From the IMG/VR virus record IMGVR_UViG_2700989286_000012: a stretch of DNA of 10,458 nucleotides; one strand, given 5' to 3'. How positions within the stretch are numbered: position 1 is the stretch's first letter; every line of letters starts with the position of its first letter. The notes beneath the pieces were generated by a model. It saw only the letters and a list, made by a program, of their open reading frames with translations, had not been told where the DNA came from and did no database searches. The stretch is from a virus. Its lineage: Duplodnaviria > Heunggongvirae > Uroviricota > Caudoviricetes. Of this stretch, positions 1 to 8,327 are shown piece after piece. The translations under genes and the position numbers were made by a program.

Positions 1-516
1 CTAAAAAATATAACCCGTTATTATCCTGAAAATATGCCATATGGTAATAATGTTCAGTATTTCCAGAGTGAAGATGGTAAGGATTTCTACGAATCCCTGC
101 CATTATTCACCAAAAAATATAAACTTTGCATAACACCTGACAGCGGCGTTATCTGCTCAATATCACAGGACGCCTCGGCGCTGTATCCTGCGGGGTTTTC
201 TGTGGTTGAGGTCGATGAACTCCCTGAAGGCACGGATATTTCAGGAAACTGGAAGTTTGATAATGGCATAATCTCCCGTATTCCGGTTAACTACGCAAGA
301 AAACTGGAAGCAATGCGCCAGTCATATCTTAATCAGGCATATGAAAAAATTAATGACTGGAGAACGGAGCTACAACTGGGCACCATCAGCGATGAAGACA
401 GAGCAGCACTTACCCAATGGATGGCATACATCAGTCAGGTGAAGAAAATGGAACTACCCGCCATTAAAACAGAAGCTGAATTTAACGCCATTAAATGGCC
501 TGAGCAGCCACAGTAA
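1..516 (+). CDS. Tail fiber assembly protein (Tfa / Mu U-like chaperone), probably 5'-partial at the window edge
   Basis: The C-terminal half (...ISDEDRAALTQWMAYISQVKKMELPAIKTEAEFNAIKWPEQPQ) has the conserved Tfa C-terminal pattern ending WPEQP. The first in-window ATG is at 34, but the frame stays open from 34 back to position 1 with no in-frame stop, and no Shine-Dalgarno precedes ATG-34, so the true start is probably upstream of the window. Stop codon TAA at 514..516. Confidence 0.75.
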   Translation, partial: LKNITRYYPENMPYGNNVQYFQSEDGKDFYESLPLFTKKYKLCITPDSGVICSISQDASALYPAGFSVVEVDELPEGTDISGNWKFDNGIISRIPVNYARKLEAMRQSYLNQAYEKINDWRTELQLGTISDEDRAALTQWMAYISQVKKMELPAIKTEAEFNAIKWPEQPQ

Positions 517-519
517 TAA

Positions 520-539
520 AGAAGGCCGGAAGGCCTTCT
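520..539. terminator. Candidate bidirectional intrinsic terminator hairpin between the convergent Tfa and tail fiber genes
   Basis: Perfect 8-bp stem AGAAGGCC (520..527) / GGCCTTCT (532..539) with a GGAA loop, 4 nt after the Tfa stop and 9 nt after the tail fiber stop. On the - strand it is followed by TTATTA, which is only moderately T-rich; there is no clean T-run on the + strand. Confidence 0.5.
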
Positions 540-547
540 GAATATCA

Positions 548-1429
548 TTATATACTTGCAGCCGTCACCCATGCTCCATTTAACAGATACTGCAACGGCC
601 GGTAATACACGCCGCCGACGTTATCTGCCGTATTCTTACCGACATCCTGTACTTTAATTCCGGTAAGAACATTGCCGCCCCCCAGATTCAGATCCCAGCT
701 TTCCCATGTTCCGGGCATATGTGCGGTCACCGACCCCAGTCTTATGGCGGTTACTGTTCCTGATGAGATAGTGATATCCTGCGTCCCGTCAAAGGGAACA
801 CCATTAATTGTGTGGGCATTTGCCAGCCTGTTCGCGGCAACGGCGGTGCCGTCCGATGGCAGGGCATTCGCCGCCCTGTTTACCGTTTCCCGTAAACCGA
901 CGTTATCGATAAAAGCCCCTTTATCCGGAATGTCTGCGCCGTTCTGCTCCCTGCGCAGGTAACGGTTATCACCTTCGCTTTTGCTGTAAACATCCAGATT
1001 ATTACGGGCGGTTCCCTTATTCTCCAGGTCGGCGAGATTCTGATCCTTCGCCAGGGCATTAACGTCACCGGGACCAAGACTGTTTTTTGTGGCAAGCGTC
1101 CCCAGACCAAGATAACCACGGGCCAGACGCTGGGCCTCCGCACCGGCATCAGCAATTTCTTTCAGGTTATTTTTCCGGGAAAAGGCATTCGCAGCGATAA
1201 TGGCTTTAATGGACAGCGTAAGCTGGTTTAACTGCGCCTTATCCGGCTGAATACTGGCTTCAGCCAGAATATTCAGCAGTTCGGCCTGGAGAATATTCAG
1301 CCAGTCCTGACCAATCCAGCTGATACCTTTTTGTCCGTCACCTTCGGTAAACCAGGTTGTGGTATTACTCTGCGCCGGTGCCAGCGCAGGCATATTCGCC
1401 ACGCCGGAATTATTATCAACATGAAACAT
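548..1429 (-). CDS. Phage tail fiber protein (Mu S-like), with a constant N-terminal part and a short variable C-terminal part
   Basis: 293-aa ORF. The ATG overlaps the upstream stop as TAATG (translational coupling). The N-terminus ([14 protein letters not shown]...[10 protein letters not shown]) looks like the conserved tail-fiber N-terminal attachment region. An invertase crossover-like site falls at codons 173..181 (FIDNVGLRE), leaving about 117 aa distal to it. Confidence 0.8.
   Translation of the reverse strand: MFHVDNNSGVANMPALAPAQSNTTTWFTEGDGQKGISWIGQDWLNILQAELLNILAEASIQPDKAQLNQLTLSIKAIIAANAFSRKNNLKEIADAGAEAQRLARGYLGLGTLATKNSLGPGDVNALAKDQNLADLENKGTARNNLDVYSKSEGDNRYLRREQNGADIPDKGAFIDNVGLRETVNRAANALPSDGTAVAANRLANAHTINGVPFDGTQDITISSGTVTAIRLGSVTAHMPGTWESWDLNLGGGNVLTGIKVQDVGKNTADNVGGVYYRPLQYLLNGAWVTAASI
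887..912. other. Putative DNA-invertase crossover site (gix/hix-like) inside the tail fiber gene
   Basis: TTCCCGTAAACC-GA-CGTTATCGATAA: two imperfect 12-bp half-sites around a 2-bp core. It matches hixL (TTCTTGAAAACCAAGGTTTTTGATAA, recalled from memory) at 18 of 26 positions and gix even more closely as I recall it. Its position corresponds to the constant/variable junction of Mu-type fiber genes. Confidence 0.55.
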
Positions 1430-1989
1430 TAAATAGTCTCCTCTTCATGGCTGTTTGCATAAACGTAAATAAACGTCTGCCATGCAGGCTTATAACGGTT
1501 CAGAATACATTCCAGCGCACCGCCTTCATAAATACGCAGCGGCGTGAGAATATCATCCAGCACATTCATATTCCGGTAGCCGGTTTCACTGTTAATCGTG
1601 ACAATACTGACCCACTGCGAATCCGGTGAGGGCTGAATGTCAATCTGATAACCAAACTCCGCCGCAAACCGGATATAAAATTCACGGTTCAGCGAGGGCT
1701 TCATCCGGTATTTATTTCCGGCATAACGCTGTCGCTCCGTGAGGGTGGCTCCGGCCATATCACACTCGGGAAGCCCGAGATAACGCTCCCAGTCTTCCAG
1801 CAGCAGGCGCGACGTGTCAGGGAAACGCTCGGCAAGCAGCTGTTTACCCGTCCAGGATACACGCGCTGTCGAATGACTGAGGCCCAGACATAATGATGCC
1901 AGTACGGATGACGGACGCTTGTCCCATGCCAGCCCGTCAGGCAGTAACTGCAACAGGGCGCGCTGATGCGGGGTCAGGGTTACAGCCAT
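1429..1989 (-). CDS. Baseplate protein, DUF2313 family (Mu gp48-like)
   Basis: 186-aa ORF placed between the J-like baseplate gene and the tail fiber, as in Mu. The start ATG at 1989 overlaps the upstream gene's end by 10 nt; its stop overlaps the fiber start. Confidence 0.75.
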   Translation of the reverse strand: MAVTLTPHQRALLQLLPDGLAWDKRPSSVLASLCLGLSHSTARVSWTGKQLLAERFPDTSRLLLEDWERYLGLPECDMAGATLTERQRYAGNKYRMKPSLNREFYIRFAAEFGYQIDIQPSPDSQWVSIVTINSETGYRNMNVLDDILTPLRIYEGGALECILNRYKPAWQTFIYVYANSHEEETI

Positions 1990-3062
1990 GTGATTTCTCC
2001 TACCGTCAGCAGCTCACTGTCTCCCGCCTGAACTGACGTCAGCGGACTGCGCACTTCAAAATCCTCCAGATTTTTCACCCCTGCCACCGCCCGCCAGAAA
2101 GACGACGGCAGAACCAGACCGCCGGGCCGGGATTCGTTATACAACAGGTCGGTCAGCGCCTGTTTTACGGCCGCCTGATTCTCCGGTGTTTTCGGGATGA
2201 TCCTGATGCTGAAGGGCACCGGCTTATTGGTCAGTTTAAACACGGTCACCGTCGGCCCCAGAGGCTGTCCGACAGGCTGGCCGGTCGCCGGATCATCATG
2301 ACTGCGGATATAATCCGCCACCCGCTGAACATCACCGTCACCGGGGAAAATATCCGGGTTATTATCCTGAACAAACGTTACCCCCACGCTGCCCGCCTGC
2401 GGCCATTCCGGGCGGCACCATGCCCGCGTCACGCCCGGCACTTCACGCGCCCAGCGTTCAAAATCATACTGCGTGCCGCCGGACGGTGGATTCTGCACCC
2501 GGAAAACCAGACGGGAAAGCAGCTCCGGCACGGTTTCCACATCCGCACCACCGGTGATCCCCGTTCCGGTCACCGTGGCCGTCTGGTTGATCCCCGCCTG
2601 CGGTGTGATAAATGTCAGTTTTGTCCCTGCCGGGGCATTCCCCGCACGACCGGCACTTTCGGCTTCCACACTGACATTCAGCGTACCGGCCTTACCGGTC
2701 AGGGAGGTGGTGATACGGTAAACCACGCCATCACTTCGCTGGAGAAGCACACCTTCCTTGATCCCCGCATCCGTGGTCAGCATCAGCTGAACCGGCCCGT
2801 CCCCCCGAGAGGCAGGCTTACGCATGACGCCCCAGAATGCACAGTGTTTCAGCAGTTCGGCTTCATCGGCTTCGGTCGGGATGATCTGACGCGCAATCCA
2901 GGCCAGATGCTCATGCTCCTGAGCAGATAACCCTGCCTGAGCGTAAGCAATGGCATTCAGGGTGGTTTCATTCACACCCGGCTGCGAGCCGGGCAGGCGC
3001 TGGCTGATATCCTGCTGTGTCTGCGTGATTAACTGTGCCAGCGGTAAAGGCTGATAAGGCAT
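1980..3062 (-). CDS. Baseplate J-like protein (Mu gp47-like)
   Basis: 360-aa ORF of the size and position expected for the J-family baseplate wedge. Its start at 3062 overlaps the upstream stop as TAATG. Confidence 0.8.
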   Translation of the reverse strand: MPYQPLPLAQLITQTQQDISQRLPGSQPGVNETTLNAIAYAQAGLSAQEHEHLAWIARQIIPTEADEAELLKHCAFWGVMRKPASRGDGPVQLMLTTDAGIKEGVLLQRSDGVVYRITTSLTGKAGTLNVSVEAESAGRAGNAPAGTKLTFITPQAGINQTATVTGTGITGGADVETVPELLSRLVFRVQNPPSGGTQYDFERWAREVPGVTRAWCRPEWPQAGSVGVTFVQDNNPDIFPGDGDVQRVADYIRSHDDPATGQPVGQPLGPTVTVFKLTNKPVPFSIRIIPKTPENQAAVKQALTDLLYNESRPGGLVLPSSFWRAVAGVKNLEDFEVRSPLTSVQAGDSELLTVGEITWL

Positions 3063-3499
3063 TACTCCCCCTTAAGATCAGCATAAAAAATCATGGGCCT
3101 CACTGAACCATCAGGCAGGGTTATGCGCACCGAAAGCGCCAGCCGCGCGTGTCCCACACGTTCTGCATGACAGACCACGGATGACGCCACGCCATCCTGA
3201 CTGAGCCAGCCCAGCGCCTCATCCGCGTAAGCACGGGCACGGCTTATCACCGAGGCCAGCGTTTTTTCCCGGCTGAGAAGCCACAGACGGGAGCCAATGG
3301 GGCGCGGGCGAAAACTGTCTCCCCACCATCCCCGGCGGTCGCGCGTACCGTCAGGGATTTCATCCGATGCCAGCGCCCGGCGGTCAGTAAACAGCGAAAT
3401 CAGAACGGCCGTCAGCAGACTGTCATCCGTCAGCAGGTCGGCACCGTTCAGTTGCAGCGAACCGCATCCCTGATCCCACACAATTGCAATATCAGCCAT
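3062..3499 (-). CDS. Baseplate protein, GP46 family (Mu gp46-like)
   Basis: I place the start at the ATG at 3499 (MADIAIVWDQG...), preceded by an AGGAG Shine-Dalgarno about 9 nt upstream and overlapping the gp45 stop in the ATGGCTGA arrangement. The longer ORF-track version (to 3643) would overlap gp45 in another frame and is rejected. Confidence 0.75.
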   Translation of the reverse strand: MADIAIVWDQGCGSLQLNGADLLTDDSLLTAVLISLFTDRRALASDEIPDGTRDRRGWWGDSFRPRPIGSRLWLLSREKTLASVISRARAYADEALGWLSQDGVASSVVCHAERVGHARLALSVRITLPDGSVRPMIFYADLKGE

Positions 3500-4103
3500 T
3501 CTCCGGCACTCCTGTCTTACTGCCTTCGCCGTTATCATGATGCACATGGCCGGAATACCGTATCCCTGCAATAACGGCATCCGACATTGTGAACAGTCCC
3601 TGAGATTTCCCCGTACCCTCAAGCGCGAAATTACCCTTAACATGCAGGTTCTTATCCACCGTCACATTGCCCGTAAAGGTGGCTTCCGGCGTATCCACCC
3701 GCATCCCCTCGTCGGCGTAAATCTCCAGCATTTTGCATGTCACAATAATGCGGCCATCCTTTGTTAACCGTATCCGGTGCCCCTCATGGTGATACACCCC
3801 CGTATCTCCGGCTGTGAGTCCGGTCGGGCGGCTGCGCCGGTCTTCCACCACAAGCACCACAGTCTGATCCCGCTGTCCGCCCAGACAGGCAAAAAAGGTT
3901 TCCGCACCCGGCAGGGGAACGCTGATCTGCCCGTACTGCTGGGGACGCTCCACATCATCAAAGGTTTCGCCGTCCATGCCGGTGAGCTGCACATTCTGCA
4001 TTTTCAGTTCGTCATGTGTGCCGGTCAGAACGCCCCGGCCAAACAACAGGCGAATACCGCGCGTTACCGGGGCAATCAGGCGGCTGAACACTTCATCATT
4101 CAT
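3492..4103 (-). CDS. Baseplate central spike protein (gpV / Mu gp45-like)
   Basis: The ORF track starts at a TTG at 4106; the adjacent ATG at 4103 (MNDEVF...) is the more likely start. It overlaps the P-like gene's stop by 8 nt. The C-terminus carries a His cluster (SGHVHHDNGEG) of the kind seen at metal-binding spike apices. Confidence 0.8.
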   Translation of the reverse strand: MNDEVFSRLIAPVTRGIRLLFGRGVLTGTHDELKMQNVQLTGMDGETFDDVERPQQYGQISVPLPGAETFFACLGGQRDQTVVLVVEDRRSRPTGLTAGDTGVYHHEGHRIRLTKDGRIIVTCKMLEIYADEGMRVDTPEATFTGNVTVDKNLHVKGNFALEGTGKSQGLFTMSDAVIAGIRYSGHVHHDNGEGSKTGVPENG

Positions 4104-5220
4104 CAAAGCTGATCCCCTGTTTTTTCATCTGCTGGCGAATAAAGGCATCAACATCGTCACCGGAACCACCCCGGCCCTTACTGTCCGGCTCTGCCGGAAC
4201 GATAAAGCCGTCACGCGGTGCCAGTACCAGCCGGGTGACTTCCCCGTTATGCTCATCAAGTAAAAACTCCACCTGACAGACCAGCAGTTCAGTCTGTTCT
4301 ATACCGAAACGCAGGGCTGAAACACCGGTCAGCAGATTGACATCCCATAACCGGCCATCATCCCGGAACCAGCCACGCACGGTGGCAGAAAACCGTTCTG
4401 AACGGGCAATCGCACGGCGCATTTCACGCAGGGCACGCTGCCGTGCACCGGTGATGTCTGTCTGTTGATCGGCGAGGATGATTTTCGGCCGGTAGCGGCC
4501 GATCTGCTCATCACTGATGACGCCCACAGGTGCTGCCAGACGGGCGGCGGATTCGCTGTCTCCCCGTTTGCCACCACCGCGCCCGTGTCCCCGGACACGG
4601 TATTCGCTGTATCGTCCTCGCCAGTCCGTGTTGTAATCGGCATCAAGCAGGTTATCTCCCAGCACCAGTCTGTCCGTCTGCTGGCTTCCTGCCTGGGTGA
4701 ACACCAGATCGCCGTCAGCATTACTGGTCACCAGCACCCCGCGATGCCGGGCAGCACGGGTCAGCGCATCCGCCACGGTTTCTGAGTTTTCCAGCGTAAA
4801 AGAGCTGAAGGGGCGTGCAGCCGTGTCGTCGTTAACCTGCCAGCGCACGGCTATCCCGAAGGGCGCACATAAATCTGCGGCAATCTGTGCCAGCGTCCGG
4901 TTGCGCCACTGGCTGCCGGGATGGATGGCGGCACAGTCCACCAGGTCGCCGGTTTTATCCCGACCGCTGATGCTGATCTGATGACGGGTTGCACTGATCC
5001 GCTGACTGACCTGATCCAGCCAGCCACTGATGACCGTCTGCCCGTTAATTCTGAGCGTCAGGGGCTGACCGGTCCGCAGGGCTGAGGGGATGCGCTCACC
5101 GGGCAGCATCAGCCCCAGTTCAAACGACCCGGCCAGATGCTCCAGCGAGCGACGGACGCTGACCGTCAGCCAGCCGGAAAAAATACTGCCGCCGATATAC
5201 AGTTCAATCCTGCTGCTCAC
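4096..5220 (-). CDS. Mu P-like tail/baseplate protein (late control D family)
   Basis: 374-aa ORF. The start is a GTG at 5220, preceded by a strong GGAGG Shine-Dalgarno 6-7 nt upstream, and overlaps the 3' end of the N-like gene by 17 nt. Position and size fit Mu P. Confidence 0.75.
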   Translation of the reverse strand: MSSRIELYIGGSIFSGWLTVSVRRSLEHLAGSFELGLMLPGERIPSALRTGQPLTLRINGQTVISGWLDQVSQRISATRHQISISGRDKTGDLVDCAAIHPGSQWRNRTLAQIAADLCAPFGIAVRWQVNDDTAARPFSSFTLENSETVADALTRAARHRGVLVTSNADGDLVFTQAGSQQTDRLVLGDNLLDADYNTDWRGRYSEYRVRGHGRGGGKRGDSESAARLAAPVGVISDEQIGRYRPKIILADQQTDITGARQRALREMRRAIARSERFSATVRGWFRDDGRLWDVNLLTGVSALRFGIEQTELLVCQVEFLLDEHNGEVTRLVLAPRDGFIVPAEPDSKGRGGSGDDVDAFIRQQMKKQGISFDE

Positions 5221-6562
5221 TGATCACCTCCACGCGGCGGCCACCCGGAACAAAAACCGGATCGGGGATATTGTTTCTGCGGACAAAATACTGCCAGCGG
5301 CGGCTGTTACCGGTGGCACGGTACAGCGTGACCAGTGCCGGTTCGGTGGTTCGCACCATGACCTGAAAAGCACCGGGAAGATGCACGCTCCGCGTGGTTA
5401 AATCTTCTGTCAGCGCAAGCCCTGCATCACGTAATGTAAGGGCGGTGCCGGTATGGCCCTGTGCGGACAGATCCAGCACCTGTTGTTCCATGACATCGCT
5501 CAAATCCCGGTTGATACGCTGCACATCAGCAGAACTTTCCAGCCAGGCCAGTCCGCCCGCACGGTCAGTATCCTGAACGTGCGTCGTATTCTGCCGGATG
5601 ACCTGATCCAGCAGTTTTCCGACCGTCTGCGCCTGCGACACCAGGGCTGCACTCTGCATGACGCTCCGCAGCAGACGGATATTGTTCTGTGCCGCAGGCG
5701 TCAGACCAATCAGGCGCTGTGGATCATCCTGTTCGCTGAGGGTGTAACGCAGGGAGGAAAGTGTGCGGTACAGCTGCGGCATGGCCTGCTCTGCTATGCT
5801 GTCACGGTTTGTGGTCAGGCTGCCGGACGGCGTTCCGGCTTTTCCGGTCAGAGACAGGGAAGGATCGCCGGGCAGCCCGGTCAGCACGGCAAACATTCCG
5901 GCCAGCGATTCAGCCATGCGACGGGGCGCATTAATCAGGGCGGCGGCATTGCCTTTCAGGGCAGTAAAACTGGCCGTAAAGGCACTGATATCCTGCACAA
6001 TCCCCATCCCCGAAACGGCATTCTCCAGTGCATCAATCTTATCGCTGATGGTGTCGGTCATGGCCTGTACATCATGCAGACCGTCTGAAATCACCGTCCA
6101 GCCGTCTGAAAGCGTGTTAAACAGCTGATTCATTGCTGAGCCGCTTTTCTGCTCCAGCGCAGCTGCCGTATCTTCTGCCACCGCAGGGGCGGTATCGTCA
6201 CTGGCGGGGATCACGTTGATCGTGAACTCAACCGTTCCCTGCTCGCTGGCGTTATAACGGCTTTCAAAGCTGTTTATCAGCACGTTTAACGTGCCGTAAT
6301 CCGGGTGCATCAGTTCACCGGCACCGGGTGCACGCAGCGCATCACGCAGGCGGCTTCGCTGTGTCTGAAGATCGTCTCCGGTCACCAGAACCGTGAATGT
6401 GAACTCCGGGAGTTTTGGCCCCAGATCATCCGCACCGCCGCTTTCACGCAGTGGGTATTCACGGCGCACAATGTTACGTCCGCCCCGTTCCCGCTGCTCC
6501 TGATAAACCAGGAACGGTACGCCACGAAAGGAGCCACGCCCCGGCGTGTCAGTAGAGGCCAT
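5204..6562 (-). CDS. Mu N-like DNA circulation protein
   Basis: 452-aa ORF immediately downstream of the tape-measure gene, as Mu N is. The start ATG at 6562 has a GGAGG Shine-Dalgarno 5 nt upstream and overlaps the tape-measure 3' end by 14 nt. Confidence 0.8.
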   Translation of the reverse strand: MASTDTPGRGSFRGVPFLVYQEQRERGGRNIVRREYPLRESGGADDLGPKLPEFTFTVLVTGDDLQTQRSRLRDALRAPGAGELMHPDYGTLNVLINSFESRYNASEQGTVEFTINVIPASDDTAPAVAEDTAAALEQKSGSAMNQLFNTLSDGWTVISDGLHDVQAMTDTISDKIDALENAVSGMGIVQDISAFTASFTALKGNAAALINAPRRMAESLAGMFAVLTGLPGDPSLSLTGKAGTPSGSLTTNRDSIAEQAMPQLYRTLSSLRYTLSEQDDPQRLIGLTPAAQNNIRLLRSVMQSAALVSQAQTVGKLLDQVIRQNTTHVQDTDRAGGLAWLESSADVQRINRDLSDVMEQQVLDLSAQGHTGTALTLRDAGLALTEDLTTRSVHLPGAFQVMVRTTEPALVTLYRATGNSRRWQYFVRRNNIPDPVFVPGGRRVEVISEQQD

Positions 6563-8327
6563 AGTTCCCTCCGTTCCAGACGTTCACATCCAGGCCATGC
6601 TGTGCGGTATCATCCACATCAATACTGCGCGCCCGCCAGCCTTCAGGGGCCACAAGCTCCACCCGTGCGGCGGTTTTCGCGGTGGCCTGTCCGCCGTTTT
6701 CGTCACTGCCGCCACGCAGTTTCTGCCAGGCCTGCGTCAGCCAGCCCCCCAGATAATCACCGAGATAGCTGCCCACCGTGGAACCAATGGCAACCCCGAC
6801 CGGACCAGCAGCCGCCCCCAGCGCGCCACCGGCGATACTTCCGGCAAGGGAACCCACGGCACCGGCTTTATCGGCTGCACTGGCGCTGCTGTCCAGCAGT
6901 ACAGGAGCCGCCATGGCACCGGCCCACAGGGCACCACCACCCAGCCGACCGGCACCACGGAACAGCCCGGCAAAACGCCCCAGCCCCATGCGGTTTCCGG
7001 CCGCCGTTAGCAGACCACCGGCACGGCTCATCATACGACCGAAGAAGCCCTGTTTACCGGCACTCTCCGCCAGTTGCTCACCGGCAGTCACGACGGTCGT
7101 GACACCCCGTCCACGTCCGGGGCCGCGTTTTTTACGGCCGCGCACGGTTTTGCCGTCACCGCTGACCACCACATCCCCGCCACCTGAGGCCAGGCCACCC
7201 GCAGGCCAGTTGGTGACCAGCACGGGCTGAACGGCAGCCGGATTTACCCCGGTAAGGAAATTCAGGAACCGGCCAGCGCGTCCGGGCTGCGTTCCCGGTA
7301 CAGTGGTCTGCGGTTTGCGGAAGGGCGACGTCAGCACGGAGGTCATCGCCATGCCATAGCGTAAGGGGGTTGCGCCGAGACGTAATGCTCCCGTCCCCGC
7401 AAACCTGAGCACCTTCAGCGCACGGGAGGCGAGATACATATACATCAGGTACTTTGCGGCGGTCTGCGCACCCTGACCAATGCGATCCAGCGCATCGCCA
7501 TAACCGGCGTCGCGCAGTGCCTGAAGCGTTTCCCTGACTTTCTGAATGACCCGGTAAAAGCCGGTCGCAGCGTCTCTGGCATACTCAAATCCCTGATTCA
7601 GGGCTGAGGCCGTCTGTGTGGCCAGCTTATCCTGTAAGCCGCTTTTCTGTGCCGCATCAGCATAATCCAGAAAGCCTTTCAGGCTCTTTTTCAGGCTGTC
7701 AAACGGTCCCTTTGCCATCACCTCGCGGGCAAATCCGTCCCAGACATCGCCCATCATGGACGTCATTCCCGTCCAGGAATTCATGGCGTTTTTCTGGGCA
7801 CCTTTTGCCTGTTCGGCCATCACCTGAAATAACAGGCGAATGCTGTCCGGTCCCAGTTTTCCTTTCTCGCCTTTCTCACGGATGATCTTCTGGTTTACAC
7901 CCAGCTTATCGGCCAGCAACTGGTAAACGTTAATCCCGTATCCGGTCAGAATATTGGCGTCCGCTGCCTGGATACTCTGGCGGGCAAACATCTGTTTGAG
8001 TTGCAGGGACGCACCCTGTGCATCTGACAGTGACCAGCCGTGATAGCCGCCCTGATCCTGAAGCATGGTAATAAAGCGACGGGCTTCCCTGTCACTCATA
8101 CCGAACCCGCGACTGGAGGCGTATTCCTGCATAACCCCCGCCAGCCCCCAGGTGGTGTCTTTGGCGTTCTGTACCGCCCAGGCTTTCACTGCTTCCGTTT
8201 TTGCCGTATCGCCATGATTAATGGCGTTGAGACGCAGAATATAGTTCTCCATCTCTGCGGCCGGGCGGATAAAGGCTTTATTAAACCCGTAGACCGCAGC
8301 CCCTCCCGCCAGCATCCCGTAAAGGTT
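6549..8327 (-). pseudogene. Tail tape-measure protein, 5'-truncated remnant
   Basis: Long ORF with a Gly/Ala-rich C-terminal region (GGALGAAAGPVGVAIGSTVGSYLGDYLGG) and an RGRKKRGPGRGRG stretch typical of tape-measure proteins. The frame is open up to 8387, but sequence above about 8330 is transposase coding DNA read in another frame. Neither the GTG at 8387 nor the ATG at 8315 has a recognisable Shine-Dalgarno. How much of the N-terminus is missing is unknown. Confidence 0.65.

Noticed and set aside
10-24. The imperfect palindrome ATAACCCGTTAT at the left window edge, considered as a possible recombination or operator site.
   Set aside because: It lies inside the open Tfa reading frame, does not match the crossover-site pattern, and is too short to interpret without the flanking sequence.
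244-263. The GGAAACTGGAAGTTTGATAA segment in the Tfa gene, which loosely resembles a hix half-site (GTTTGATAA).
   Set aside because: Only one half-site is present and the spacing is wrong; it looks like coincidental coding sequence (SGNWKFDNG).
1343-1362. The AAACC-A-GGTT near-palindrome (TTCGGTAAACCAGGTTGTGG) inside the fiber N-terminus, considered as a possible second crossover site.
   Set aside because: It has a 1-bp rather than 2-bp core and poor flanking half-sites. It simply encodes the conserved TWFTE motif.
2298-2930. The + strand ORFs across the GC-rich tail module, such as 2298..2930, 5453..6088, 6305..7102 and 6778..7230, several of them Pro/Arg/Gly-rich.
   Set aside because: They lie antisense to long ORFs with clear phage-family features and intact operon coupling. 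Their amino-acid bias is what high-GC antisense frames produce. They have no start or RBS context and are treated as shadow ORFs.
3500-3643. The N-terminal extension of the gp46-like ORF up to the ATG at 3643.
   Set aside because: It overlaps the 3' end of the spike gene in another frame over about 150 nt, whereas ATG 3499 has an AGGAG Shine-Dalgarno and the ATGGCTGA coupling overlap.
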